From Candidatus Eiseniibacteriota bacterium (lineage in GTDB: Bacteria; Eisenbacteria; RBG-16-71-46), in the NCBI GenBank assembly GCA_031366795.1, contig JANLOX010000189.1, forward strand, positions 1 to 15,409: 15,409 bases of DNA. Direction: 5' to 3'. The notes under the pieces were generated by a model that was not told the origin of the DNA, made no database searches, and saw nothing but the letters and a program-made list of their open reading frames with translations. The position numbers were made by a program, and so were the translations under genes. Shown piece by piece: positions 6,988-15,409 of this stretch (the first letter of the stretch is position 1; each line of letters starts with the position of its first letter).

Positions 6988-7096
6988 GACATTGGGATCC
7001 CCGTGAGGGGGCAGGGCCCGACTCCCCGTTGTTCCTTGGGGTTTGCGCCCTCCCGGCGGCCAGGACGCACGGCCCTGCCCGCCGGGGCGGCGGGGC

Positions 7097-8710
7097 CTAT
7101 CTGCGCAGGCCGCGCAATCTTCCGAGCACGGCCAGAGCGCCGAGCGCCAGGGTCGCGATGGCGAACGTCAGCGGCGCGCCCGCGGTCAGCGCCTCGGGGC
7201 GCGTCGCGGCGAAGTCGAGCGGCGGCGCGTGATTGATTGGGCCCACGTACCACAACATCAGGAACGTGATCTCGAACAACCGGCCATTGCCGGTCCACAC
7301 CCCGCACGCCAGCGCGAGCGTGGGAATGAACAACGCGCCAATGAGCCATGCGAGCGCGGCCGCGGAATCCCCGCTGGCTAACAGGCGCGCGCCGGCGCCG
7401 ATACCAATGGTGATGGCGAGCAGAGCGCCCGCCGCCCAACACGCAGCCAGCTGACGGGCCAGCGGTCGCGGCGAGGAGAACATCAGCGCTTGCGTGTGGT
7501 GCAGTTGTTCACGAGCGCCCATCGAGGACCACGCCAGCGCCGGCCACAACCAGGCGATGGGCAGCAGGATCTCGCGCGTGACACGCAGCGGAGCGAAGCA
7601 ACATGCGACCGCAAGGCCGAGTGCCAACACACCCCAGACACGGGGCAGGCCGCCCAACATCAACAATAACTCGCCGCGCAGCAACGGCCACAGCGAAGGC
7701 GAACGCGCCGCCACGGGCAGCCGCGCGACCGACTGAGCCTCGTGCGCATAAAGCGCCCCCTGAGCCGGCGCCTGCGGCAACGCGGGTGCGATTGCCTTGC
7801 GCGCGCGCGGGCTCGCGGCAGCGGTGTCGAAGCGATCGAATGGAATCGAAGCGGCGAACGCCAGCAACAACCCCAGCCCGACCCACACGAGCCGCAGCGC
7901 CAGCACCGTCACGGTCCAGTGTGGCCCGGTCCATGAAAACAGTTCCAGGTGCCGGCCGCTGATGCTGGGAGTGAAGTTGAAACCGATATTCAGCGGGGCG
8001 GTGTTGGGATCGATCCCTGGGAACGCCGCGGCGGTCGCGTGCAGGATCGAGGGCAACAGCATCGAGGCGCCGACGAAGTCGCCAATCCCGGAGATCTCCG
8101 TCATGCGATGCGGCTGGGTGGCCACCAGCAACAATGCCCAGACGAAGAAATACACGATGTTGCCCAACCCTCCGCGCAACCAGCGCACTGCTTCGAACAA
8201 CACGGCGAGCGCCGAGACGACCAGCAACGCGGGCAAAGTCACCACGACCAGGGGTGTGAACAGCGCGACCAAGTCGAGGTGCATGTCCTCGGCGCGCAGC
8301 AATTGCATGCCGATTGCGCCGACGCCGAGCAACGCGGTCAGTGTCGCGAGCACCGCGAAATTGCTCAGCGTCTTGCCCAACGTGTACACCCACTTCGGCA
8401 ATGGCGTCGTCGCGAGAATCTGCCCGACGCCGGTGAGGCGGTCGCGCTCGATGGTGTTCTTGACGAGGTAGAATCCAATCAGCGAGAGAAACGGCCCCGC
8501 GAGCAGCGACACCGCGGCCCCAATCCACGCCGAGCCATAAATCCCCCGGTGATGGGCGACCTGCAGCGTCACGTATTTCGCCCCGTTGGGCGGCAGGAAA
8601 ATGTAAGCGGCCCATAAGGTCGCGCCGAGCGTGATGAGAAAGCCCTGGCGGCGAACGCGCTCGAGGAAGTCGGCGCGAATGACGTGGAACAACACGCGAC
8701 CGCTGTTCAT
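7097..8710 (-). CDS. ABC-2 type exporter permease (two membrane halves), about 537 aa
   Basis: ATG 8710 coupled to the ATPase stop (TGATG); ERDRLTGVGQILATTPL...YTLGK and a second-half REQLHHTQALMFSSP motif; many TM helices. Confidence 0.88.
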   Translation of the reverse strand: MNSGRVLFHVIRADFLERVRRQGFLITLGATLWAAYIFLPPNGAKYVTLQVAHHRGIYGSAWIGAAVSLLAGPFLSLIGFYLVKNTIERDRLTGVGQILATTPLPKWVYTLGKTLSNFAVLATLTALLGVGAIGMQLLRAEDMHLDLVALFTPLVVVTLPALLVVSALAVLFEAVRWLRGGLGNIVYFFVWALLLVATQPHRMTEISGIGDFVGASMLLPSILHATAAAFPGIDPNTAPLNIGFNFTPSISGRHLELFSWTGPHWTVTVLALRLVWVGLGLLLAFAASIPFDRFDTAAASPRARKAIAPALPQAPAQGALYAHEAQSVARLPVAARSPSLWPLLRGELLLMLGGLPRVWGVLALGLAVACCFAPLRVTREILLPIAWLWPALAWSSMGAREQLHHTQALMFSSPRPLARQLAACWAAGALLAITIGIGAGARLLASGDSAAALAWLIGALFIPTLALACGVWTGNGRLFEITFLMLWYVGPINHAPPLDFAATRPEALTAGAPLTFAIATLALGALAVLGRLRGLRR

Positions 8711-9654
8711 CACGCGCTCGCGGGGATCGCCGGGGCGATCGCCGCAGGGCCGGCCGCGGGCCCGGCACCGGGCGCGCGCGCGGCACTCTCGGCGCGGCCG
8801 ATGGCGAACAGGTAGGCATCCTCGAGCGTCGGCATCACAGGCGTGGCCCCTGGTCCGGGTGAAGTCTCGGAGACGATGCGCAGCAGCACGCCATCTCTGC
8901 GCCGGGCCATGGCACTGACGCGAAACGCCTGGCGGATCCTGCTCAGCTCGGCGCTGGGCACCTGCCATTCCCACACGCCGCCGTCGACCGCGCGCAACAG
9001 CGCCTCGGGCGAGGCGTGCGCAACGAGCCGGCCGCGCGCGATCAGGGCGATGCCCGTGGCGGTGGCTTCGATATCGGAGACGATGTGCGTCGAGAGGATA
9101 ACGATGCGCTCGCCGGACAACTCGGACAGCAGGTTGCGAAAGCGCACGCGTTCCTCGGGGTCCAGGCCGCCCGTCGGCTCATCGACGATCAACAACTGCG
9201 GATCATTCAACAACGCCTGCGCGATGCCGACGCGCTGGCGCATGCCGCCGGAGAACCCACCGAGCGGTCGCTTGCGCACATCGACGAGATTCGTCAGTTC
9301 GAGCAGCGCATCGATGCGCCGCCGCGCGGTGCGCGCCTCGAGCCCGCGCGCGGCGGCGAGGTACTCGAGGAACTCGAGCGGCGTGAGGTTCGGGTAGACG
9401 CCGAAGTCCTGCGGCAGGTAACCGAGCACTTCCCGCAGCGGGTCGGGGTTGGCGGCGATGTCGGCGCCGTCCCAGGTGACCCGGCCTGCCGTGGGCCGTG
9501 TCACCGTTGCGAGAATGCGCATCAGCGTGGACTTTCCGGCCCCATTCGGCCCCAACAGTCCCAGCACTCCCGGCTTCAGCTCGAGACTGAAGTCGTCCAG
9601 CGCCAGTGCGTCCCGTCCATACCGCTTGCCAACGTGTTCGATGGAGAGTTTCAT
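8710..9654 (-). CDS. ABC transporter ATP-binding protein (ABC-2/drug-export type)
   Basis: Walker A GPNGAGKST, Q-loop YLPQ, signature FSGGMRQR, Walker B LLIVDEPT, H-loop STH. Confidence 0.97.
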   Translation of the reverse strand: MKLSIEHVGKRYGRDALALDDFSLELKPGVLGLLGPNGAGKSTLMRILATVTRPTAGRVTWDGADIAANPDPLREVLGYLPQDFGVYPNLTPLEFLEYLAAARGLEARTARRRIDALLELTNLVDVRKRPLGGFSGGMRQRVGIAQALLNDPQLLIVDEPTGGLDPEERVRFRNLLSELSGERIVILSTHIVSDIEATATGIALIARGRLVAHASPEALLRAVDGGVWEWQVPSAELSRIRQAFRVSAMARRRDGVLLRIVSETSPGPGATPVMPTLEDAYLFAIGRAESAARAPGAGPAAGPAAIAPAIPASA

Positions 9655-9733
9655 GGGGACCGTTTCGAAAAGGGTTCGGCGGTGCGAGGCGAATCCGTGC
9701 AGGACATGATCGGAGCCGGCGGGCCGTGGTGAG

Positions 9734-9742
9734 TGCTACGTT
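9734..9742 (+). promoter_or_regulatory. Possible extended -10 promoter element
   Basis: TGc-TACGTT about 37 nt before ATG 9780; same -10 hexamer as at 14948-14953. Confidence 0.35.
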
Positions 9743-9779
9743 CGCCGCATCATTCAGGTTGCGCGTGAGGGAGGGCACC

Positions 9780-10190
9780 ATGAATTTCCGGCTCATCTGC
9801 ATGCTGGCGCTACTGGGTATCGTCGTGGCCGGCGCCACGATCGTGGGACTGGTTCACGCCGGCTGGGAGACGCCACTCAGCATCGTGGTGGCCCTGGTCA
9901 CGGCGGGCACGCTGGCGACTCGGGCGAGGGCCAAGTTTTTCCTGCACGGGTTGCTCGCGGGCGCGATCGGCAGCGCGCTGACCTCGATCACCCAGGCGGT
10001 GTTCATGAAGCAGTACCTGGCGCACAACCCGAAGGCCGTCGACGCGTTCAAGGTGCTGCCCAGCGGCCTGTCCCCGGCGCTGCTGGTCCTCGTCGCGATC
10101 CCACTCACCGCCGGGCTCGCCGGCATCGTCACCGGCTTGCTGACCCTGTTGTGGGCGAAGTTTTCGCGACCCCGACCCGCGAACGCCTGA
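9780..10190 (+). CDS. Small hypothetical membrane protein (about 4 TM), 136 aa
   Basis: GGGAGGG before ATG 9780; four hydrophobic segments with a short soluble loop; GC3-rich codons. Confidence 0.85.
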   Translation: MNFRLICMLALLGIVVAGATIVGLVHAGWETPLSIVVALVTAGTLATRARAKFFLHGLLAGAIGSALTSITQAVFMKQYLAHNPKAVDAFKVLPSGLSPALLVLVAIPLTAGLAGIVTGLLTLLWAKFSRPRPANA

Positions 10191-10224
10191 GCGCCCGCGG
10201 CGCCATAGCGCCCTCGCTGCCACG

Positions 10225-10452
10225 CTAACGCGGCAGCGAGTCCACCATCGCATTGACGCCCGAGGAATGCTTCGCCTCGATGCCGCTTGCACCCTGAGCG
10301 CGCCCGATCGCACCGGCGCCCGGCACGTCCGAGCGGCCCAACACGCTGTCACGTTGCGCCTCGGTGAGAGTGCTGGCAGGTTCCTCAGTCTTGGCCGAAG
10401 AGCAGGCTCCGCACGACATCGCTAGAATGGCGACCATCACGATCCGCTTCAT
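10225..10452 (-). CDS. Small lipoprotein, 75 aa
   Basis: GGGAGGG RBS; MKR plus hydrophobic stretch plus lipobox-like (S)CGAC; TAG stop at 10225. Confidence 0.82.
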   Translation of the reverse strand: MKRIVMVAILAMSCGACSSAKTEEPASTLTEAQRDSVLGRSDVPGAGAIGRAQGASGIEAKHSSGVNAMVDSLPR

Positions 10453-10524
10453 GCCGAGTCCCTCCCTGGCACACGCAAACACCCAACCTGCGGCAGTCTA
10501 AGGCGCATACACGAAGGATTCCCA

Positions 10525-10926
10525 ATGGCTGGCAAAGGTGGCGATACCGCGAAGGATCTTGGGTTGCTGACGCTGCGCGTGGGAATCAGCGGAATGCTGG
10601 TCACCATGCATGGCTGGTCAAAGCTGGTGCACTTCGCCGACCGCGCTTCGCGTTTCCCGGACCCGCTGCATCTCGGCGGCCCGGTCAGCCTCGCGCTCAC
10701 CCTCTTCGCCGAAGTGTTGTGTGGGACGGCGGTGTTCCTGGGACTCGCCACCCGCTTCGCGGTGGTGCCGATCCTCATCCTGTTCGGCGTCATCATCTTC
10801 GTGGTCAGCGGCGGCCAACCGGTCGGCGAGCGCGAGCTGGCGATCCTCTATGCCATTCCATTCCTCGCGATCGCGCTGCTCGGCCCGGGTCGTTTCTCGA
10901 TCGATGGCTCCCGCGGCAATGCCTGA
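10525..10926 (+). CDS. DoxX family membrane protein
   Basis: DLGLLTLRV...HGWSKL...FPDPL...FAEVLC...LGLATR...ELA...GPGRFSID; AAGGA RBS. Confidence 0.93.
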   Translation: MAGKGGDTAKDLGLLTLRVGISGMLVTMHGWSKLVHFADRASRFPDPLHLGGPVSLALTLFAEVLCGTAVFLGLATRFAVVPILILFGVIIFVVSGGQPVGERELAILYAIPFLAIALLGPGRFSIDGSRGNA

Positions 10927-10959
10927 GCGGGTGCGCCTCCCCCACGCTTCGCGCAGCCG

Positions 10960-12621
10960 ATGAAGTGGGGCGTAGTACTCGTCGTGCTGTTGTGCGCAGC
11001 GGCCTTGCTGCCGGGGCTCACGGGGACCGGTCCCTTCGACACGCTCGAGGCGCGTGACATGGAAGTGGCGCGCGAATTGATTGCCGCGCGCACCGGATCG
11101 GCGACGCCGCTGTTCGCCGAGTCGCTGCTGGAGAAGCCGCCGTTCGCCTACGCCCCTGAGTTGCTCGCCCAGACCACAGCACCGGCTCGGCCCCTGGCTG
11201 CCTCGCGCGCCTGGCGTGTCGTCGTTGCCTGCCTGCTCGTGTTGCTCACCGGCGCCACCACGGCACGCCATCTCGGCGGCCGCGCCGGAATCTGCGCCGC
11301 CGCGGTGCTGGCCAGCTCGCTCACGCTGCCGCTCGCCGCGCGCCTCGACGGCACCCAGTTACTGGCGGCGTTGTTTGCCTGGATCGCGGTCGACGGCATC
11401 ACGCACGTGTGGTTCGCGGAGCGCGGCGGGCGCAACGCCCGGCTCGTGATCTGCTACGCCTCGCTGGCCTGCGCCGCCGCCGTGGCGGGACCGCTGAGCG
11501 CCCTGTGGCCGCTCGGCGCCGCCGCGATCTACCAGCGCCTCACCCGCCGCAGGGATGCGTGGCGGGAGTTGCGCCCCGTGCTGGGGCTCGCGGCCATCCT
11601 CGCGCTGGCGACGCCGTGGTACGTGGTGATGACGCAACGCCACGGCGCGGGATTTCTCCTCCATGCCCTGTGCTTTCCGTACGGCCTGAGCGATCACCGC
11701 GCCTGGTACCTCGCGCCCTTCATGACGGTGAGTTTCGTGATCGTGGGATTCTTCCCCTGGAGCGCCATGCTGCCCGGCGCGCTGCAACACGCCGCCGTGT
11801 GGTGGCGCAGGACGCGTCGTGGTCCGGACGTCGCGGATGAAAGCATCGCCGCCGAAGCTGCGCTCGCGCCCCTGGCGCGCGAGCTGAACGAAGAGCGCGC
11901 CGCGCATTGGTTCATCGCCTGTGCGATCGCCGCACTCGTGCCGCTGTTATTCTACCCGCGGGCGCCGCTGACCGCGGTGCTCCCCGCGCTCCCCGCGCTG
12001 GCGGCGCTGTGCGGACGCCTGCTTGATCACGTGATCGAAGACCAGGCGCGTGCCGGGCTGCCGGTGTTTCGCGCCACGCAGATGCTGTCGATGACCGGCA
12101 GCGTGGCCGCCATTCTGCTGATGATGGTGGCGAGCCGCACGGGTGACGCGGCACCGGCGTTCCGCCTGCTCGCCACGGCGCTGTTCGCCACCGCATGGCT
12201 GCCGTTTCTCGCGGGCCTGACCGGGCGGTTCCGGCTGGCGGCGCTGCTGATGCTGCTGCCGGTGGCGGTCTGTATGCCCATCGCGTGCTTCAAGCTCGTT
12301 CCTGCTGCCGAGGGCTACCTCACCGCGCGTCCGTTTGCCGTCGCAATCGAGCGCAGCATGCCACCTGCCGCGACGCTGGCGCTGTTCGACGACGCACCGG
12401 CCTCACTGCTGTTCCTCTCTCGGCACCCCAGCGTGAGGGCGCACTCGCTCGAGGACGCCTATGCGACGCCCCGAGCCACGGATGGCTACGTTTATCTCGC
12501 CTACCGCCCATCACACGAGGCGGAGATGCGCAAGGTGGTCGCGACACACGAGCCCAGGCTCGGAGCACTCGAAGTCCTCGCGCGCACCCCGGGGCTCGTG
12601 CTCGCGCGGATCAAGGCGTGA
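10960..12621 (+). CDS. ArnT-like (GT83/GT39) membrane glycosyltransferase homologue with divergent active-site motifs
   Basis: FDTLEARDMEVAREL...EKPP, TPWY, GFFPWS motifs; polytopic, with a soluble C-terminal domain. Confidence 0.8.
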   Translation: MKWGVVLVVLLCAAALLPGLTGTGPFDTLEARDMEVARELIAARTGSATPLFAESLLEKPPFAYAPELLAQTTAPARPLAASRAWRVVVACLLVLLTGATTARHLGGRAGICAAAVLASSLTLPLAARLDGTQLLAALFAWIAVDGITHVWFAERGGRNARLVICYASLACAAAVAGPLSALWPLGAAAIYQRLTRRRDAWRELRPVLGLAAILALATPWYVVMTQRHGAGFLLHALCFPYGLSDHRAWYLAPFMTVSFVIVGFFPWSAMLPGALQHAAVWWRRTRRGPDVADESIAAEAALAPLARELNEERAAHWFIACAIAALVPLLFYPRAPLTAVLPALPALAALCGRLLDHVIEDQARAGLPVFRATQMLSMTGSVAAILLMMVASRTGDAAPAFRLLATALFATAWLPFLAGLTGRFRLAALLMLLPVAVCMPIACFKLVPAAEGYLTARPFAVAIERSMPPAATLALFDDAPASLLFLSRHPSVRAHSLEDAYATPRATDGYVYLAYRPSHEAEMRKVVATHEPRLGALEVLARTPGLVLARIKA

Positions 12622-12661
12622 CCCTGTTGCGTCGCGGCACACGCGAGGCGAGACTTCGCTG

Positions 12662-14083
12662 ATGCGAATCCTCCATTGGTTCCGCAAGGACCTGCGCCTC
12701 GACGACAACACCGCCCTCAGTGAAGCCGTGCTCGATGCCGCGGGCGATGTCGTGCCGTTCTACGCCAGCGAGCCCGCCGTGCTGGGCCGCGACGACATGG
12801 CAGCCACGCGCGTGCGTTTCGTGCTCGAGTCGCTCAGCGACCTGGGCTCGCGCGTCGAGCGCCTCGGCTCGCGCTTGGCGCTCGATCATGGCGATGCGGC
12901 GGACACCGTCCTGCGCGCGGTTCGCGCGGCGAAGGCGGACGCCGTGTACTGGAACGACGAGTACGAGCCGGCGTTGCGCACGCGCGATGACGCAGTCGAA
13001 CGCGCGCTCACCGCGGCCGGCATCACGGTGCGGCGCTTTCACGACCGCACACTCGTGCCGCCCGACGCGGTGCGCACGGGCGCTGGAACGCCCTACACCG
13101 TCTATACGCCCTATGCACGCTCGGCCGCGGCGCTTGGCATTTCGTTGCCGCACGGTTCCATCGCCAAGCTCGCCGCGCACCCACTGCCCATTCGCCCGCT
13201 CGCGACGCTCGAACAGTTGGGTTTCGCGACCTCGCAGAAGCCGTGGCGCGGTGGCGCCAGCGCGGCGCAGCGACGGCTCGACACTTTCGTCTCCGATGCA
13301 CTCGAAGGCTACGGTTCACAGCGCGACATCCCCGCACAGCCCGGCACCTCGCGACTGTCCGCCGATCTCAAGTTCGGCACCCTCTCGCCGCGCACCGTCG
13401 TGGCCGCCGTGCAGGCGGCGGTGGCGGAGGAGCCGCGGTTGCGCGCCGATGCCGACAAGTACATCGCCGAACTACGCTGGCGGGACTTCTACACGCAGGT
13501 GCTCTATCACTTCCCGCACTGCGAGCGCGGCTCGTTCAAGCGTGAGTATGACGCGATGGAATGGCTCGGCGACCCGCGGCACTACGAGCCCTGGCGGGCG
13601 GGCCAGACCGGCGTCCCGATCGTCGATGCCGGCATGCGCGAACTCGCGACCACGGGCTACATGCACAACCGCACGCGCATGGTCGTGGCGTCTTTCCTGA
13701 CGAAGGACCTGCTGCTCGACTGGCGCCCGGGCGAGCGCCACTTCATGACGCACCTCGTCGATGGCGATCTCGCCAGCAATAACGGCGGCTGGCAATGGGC
13801 CGCATCCACCGGCACCGACGCCCAACCGTACTTTCGCATCTTCAATCCCGTCTTGCAGGGGCGGCGTTACGATCCGGAGGGGGCGTATGTGCGCCGGTGG
13901 GTGCCGGAGTTGGCGCGGGTGCCGGTACCGTGGATCCACAATCCGTGGGACGCGCCGCCACTCGAGCTCGCGGCGGCCGGCGTCGTGCTCGGCGAGAGCT
14001 ACCCCGCCCCGCTCGTCGACCACGCCACGCAACGCGATCGCGCCATCGCCATGTACGCGCGCATCGCCAAGGCGGAGCGGTAG
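12662..14083 (+). CDS. phrB: Class I CPD DNA photolyase, 473 aa
   Basis: WFRKDLRLDDN, TSRLS, ELRWRDFY, GQTGVPIVDAGMREL-x2-TGYMHNRTRM, DGDLASNNGGWQW, YFRIFNP; Trp triad (PWRAG, DWRPG, GGWQW) present. Confidence 0.96.
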   Translation: MRILHWFRKDLRLDDNTALSEAVLDAAGDVVPFYASEPAVLGRDDMAATRVRFVLESLSDLGSRVERLGSRLALDHGDAADTVLRAVRAAKADAVYWNDEYEPALRTRDDAVERALTAAGITVRRFHDRTLVPPDAVRTGAGTPYTVYTPYARSAAALGISLPHGSIAKLAAHPLPIRPLATLEQLGFATSQKPWRGGASAAQRRLDTFVSDALEGYGSQRDIPAQPGTSRLSADLKFGTLSPRTVVAAVQAAVAEEPRLRADADKYIAELRWRDFYTQVLYHFPHCERGSFKREYDAMEWLGDPRHYEPWRAGQTGVPIVDAGMRELATTGYMHNRTRMVVASFLTKDLLLDWRPGERHFMTHLVDGDLASNNGGWQWAASTGTDAQPYFRIFNPVLQGRRYDPEGAYVRRWVPELARVPVPWIHNPWDAPPLELAAAGVVLGESYPAPLVDHATQRDRAIAMYARIAKAER

Positions 14084-14098
14084 CCGGACGACTGCAGG

Positions 14099-14917
14099 CT
14101 AGCGGCCTTCGAGCAGGCCTTTGTCCCGCGCATCGAGCTTGCCGACAAGGTCCACCACACGCGGTGTGATCACGATGAGACTCTCGTGGTGTCGCTGGGT
14201 GATCAGCTCGCGCGGGCACAGGAACGGCAGGATGGTGCCGAGCAGGGGGAAGCGCCGGCTGATCTTCGAGTCCACGGTCCGCGTGAACCCGGCCAACACG
14301 ACGGTTTCGCCGTCCCTCGCCATCACGGCATTCCGCAGGATCTGCCCGTGCTTGATCGGGCTGCCCGAGATTGCGGAGTAGTCCCGGAACGTGGAGGCGC
14401 CGTTGTTCATCTCCCCCTGCAGGAGATTCGAAAGTTCGGCTTCCAGGTCCAGCTTTAGGTAGCCGCTCTCTCCCAGCGACGGTGCCACTTCGAGCCGCAG
14501 CCCGGCGTCCATCGTCTCGCTCTGGTCGATATTCGCATAGCCGTTCGCGCGGTTGACGTACGTCACGCGATAGTCGTCGAGCACGGTGGCGGGCTGGTTG
14601 TTGAGCGCCAGCAGGCGCGGCGCGTCGTGGTAACTCGCCGCGCCCTTCTCCTCGAGCAGGTGAAGCTCATCCATGAGCGACCCGATGAGTTGCACCTCGG
14701 TCGCGCCGGCCTTGAGCTTCGAGCCGCGTTCGTAGGCGTGTGTATTGCCGTCGCTCTCGTCTTTCTGGTTCTGCGGGTCGTTGCGGTAGTCGCCGCGCCA
14801 GGCCACCGACGCGTTCGAGCGGATCGCGCTCCAGTCCACCCCCAGGTCGCGCGCCGCGTCGGTGTCCACCTCGTGGACATCTCTCACAACCGCATGAACA
14901 CTGGGCAAAATCGACAT
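14099..14917 (-). pseudogene. Secretin (T2SS/T4P/T3SS family) core domain only; probable 5'-truncated remnant
   Basis: EVD...LGVDW, APRLLALNNQPATV, GLRLEVAP, VMARDGETVVLAG, FPLLG, ESLIVITPRVV. No signal peptide or N-domains; upstream space is occupied by a divergent gene and its promoter. Confidence 0.75.
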
Positions 14918-14953
14918 TTTGTCCTTGCTTGCGCGCTCCCGCTGACCTACGTT
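14903..14953 (+). promoter_or_regulatory. sigma70-type promoter with adjacent palindromic operator
   Basis: GGGCAAAAT-CGAC-ATTTTGTCC dyad (14903-14924) abutting TTGCTT(14925-30)-N17-TACGTT(14948-53). Confidence 0.55.
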
Positions 14954-14995
14954 ACGCGCGCGTTGCCCCCGCGGCAGGGAGGGGAGGTGAGGAGG

Positions 14996-15409
14996 ATGCG
15001 GCAAGGTCGGAATCAGCGCTTCACGCTGCTTGCGCTCGCCGGGATCGCGTTGCTCGCATGGCCGTTGATGGCTCATGCGACGTTGCGCGAGACGGCGTCG
15101 CTGATGCAGGGCAACACGGCAAGCACTCGCCTGTCGCAGACGGATGCGGCGCGCAGCAAGCGCGCGGCGAACGCACTGCGGCAGTTCACGGGCTATGTCA
15201 GCGCCATCGACAAGCAGAGCATTACCGTCGAGAAGCGCGGCAAGTCACCGGAGACGCGGGTGTTCACGAAGCTCGACGAAATCAGCATGACGGGTGACGT
15301 CGAGAAGGACGCGCGCGTGACGGTGTACTTCCGCGAGGAAGGCGGCAAGGCTATCGCCCACAAGGTGGTGGTCAAGCCTGCGCGGTCAAGCACGAAGAAC
15401 AAGGCTCAG
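14996..15409 (+). CDS. Secreted small beta-barrel (OB-fold/DUF5666-like) protein, partial at the window end
   Basis: GGAGG-rich leader; MRQGRNQRFTLLALAGIALLAWPLMAHA signal peptide; FTGYVSAIDKQSITVEK...VEKDARVTVYFREEGGKAIAHKVVV; 138 open codons with no stop, hence absent from the ORF track. Confidence 0.85.
   Translation, partial: MRQGRNQRFTLLALAGIALLAWPLMAHATLRETASLMQGNTASTRLSQTDAARSKRAANALRQFTGYVSAIDKQSITVEKRGKSPETRVFTKLDEISMTGDVEKDARVTVYFREEGGKAIAHKVVVKPARSSTKNKAQ

Noticed and set aside
7009..7080. c-di-GMP-I riboswitch
   Set aside because: GGGCGCAAA resembles part of the motif, but the upstream GGCAAA element and GNRA-capped stem are missing.
8711..8974. N-terminal extensions in the ORF track (permease; also 12461, 2354, 9606, 15076)
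   Set aside because: They overlap neighbouring genes or promoters; downstream starts have SD sites or stop-start coupling.
12662..14083. Cryptochrome or 6-4 photolyase
   Set aside because: Motifs (MHNRTRM, NNGGWQW, YFRIFNP) fit class I CPD photolyases; the 6-4 type HH-LAR-H pattern is absent.

Overview
GC-rich bacterial DNA with no rRNA, tRNA, CRISPR array or mobile element. It holds about 14 coding regions. Left to right: a decayed DUF2079-like membrane gene with a 9-bp tandem repeat and a GT-C glycosyltransferase (minus strand); a sigma54-driven secreted protein with a structured 3' UTR; a minus-strand signalling unit (HEAT-repeat protein, HD-GYP phosphodiesterase, frameshifted stand-alone CaMKII-hub-like protein) behind a sigma28-like promoter; an ABC exporter pair; a small membrane protein; a lipoprotein; a DoxX / ArnT-like / photolyase run; a secretin core lacking N-domains; and a secreted OB-fold-like protein cut by the window end. 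The best candidate for an undescribed system is the HEAT + HD-GYP pair, whose two proteins share a paralogous N-terminal domain I cannot name, followed by the CaMKII-hub-like gene. All family calls come from motif recognition by eye; no searches were run.
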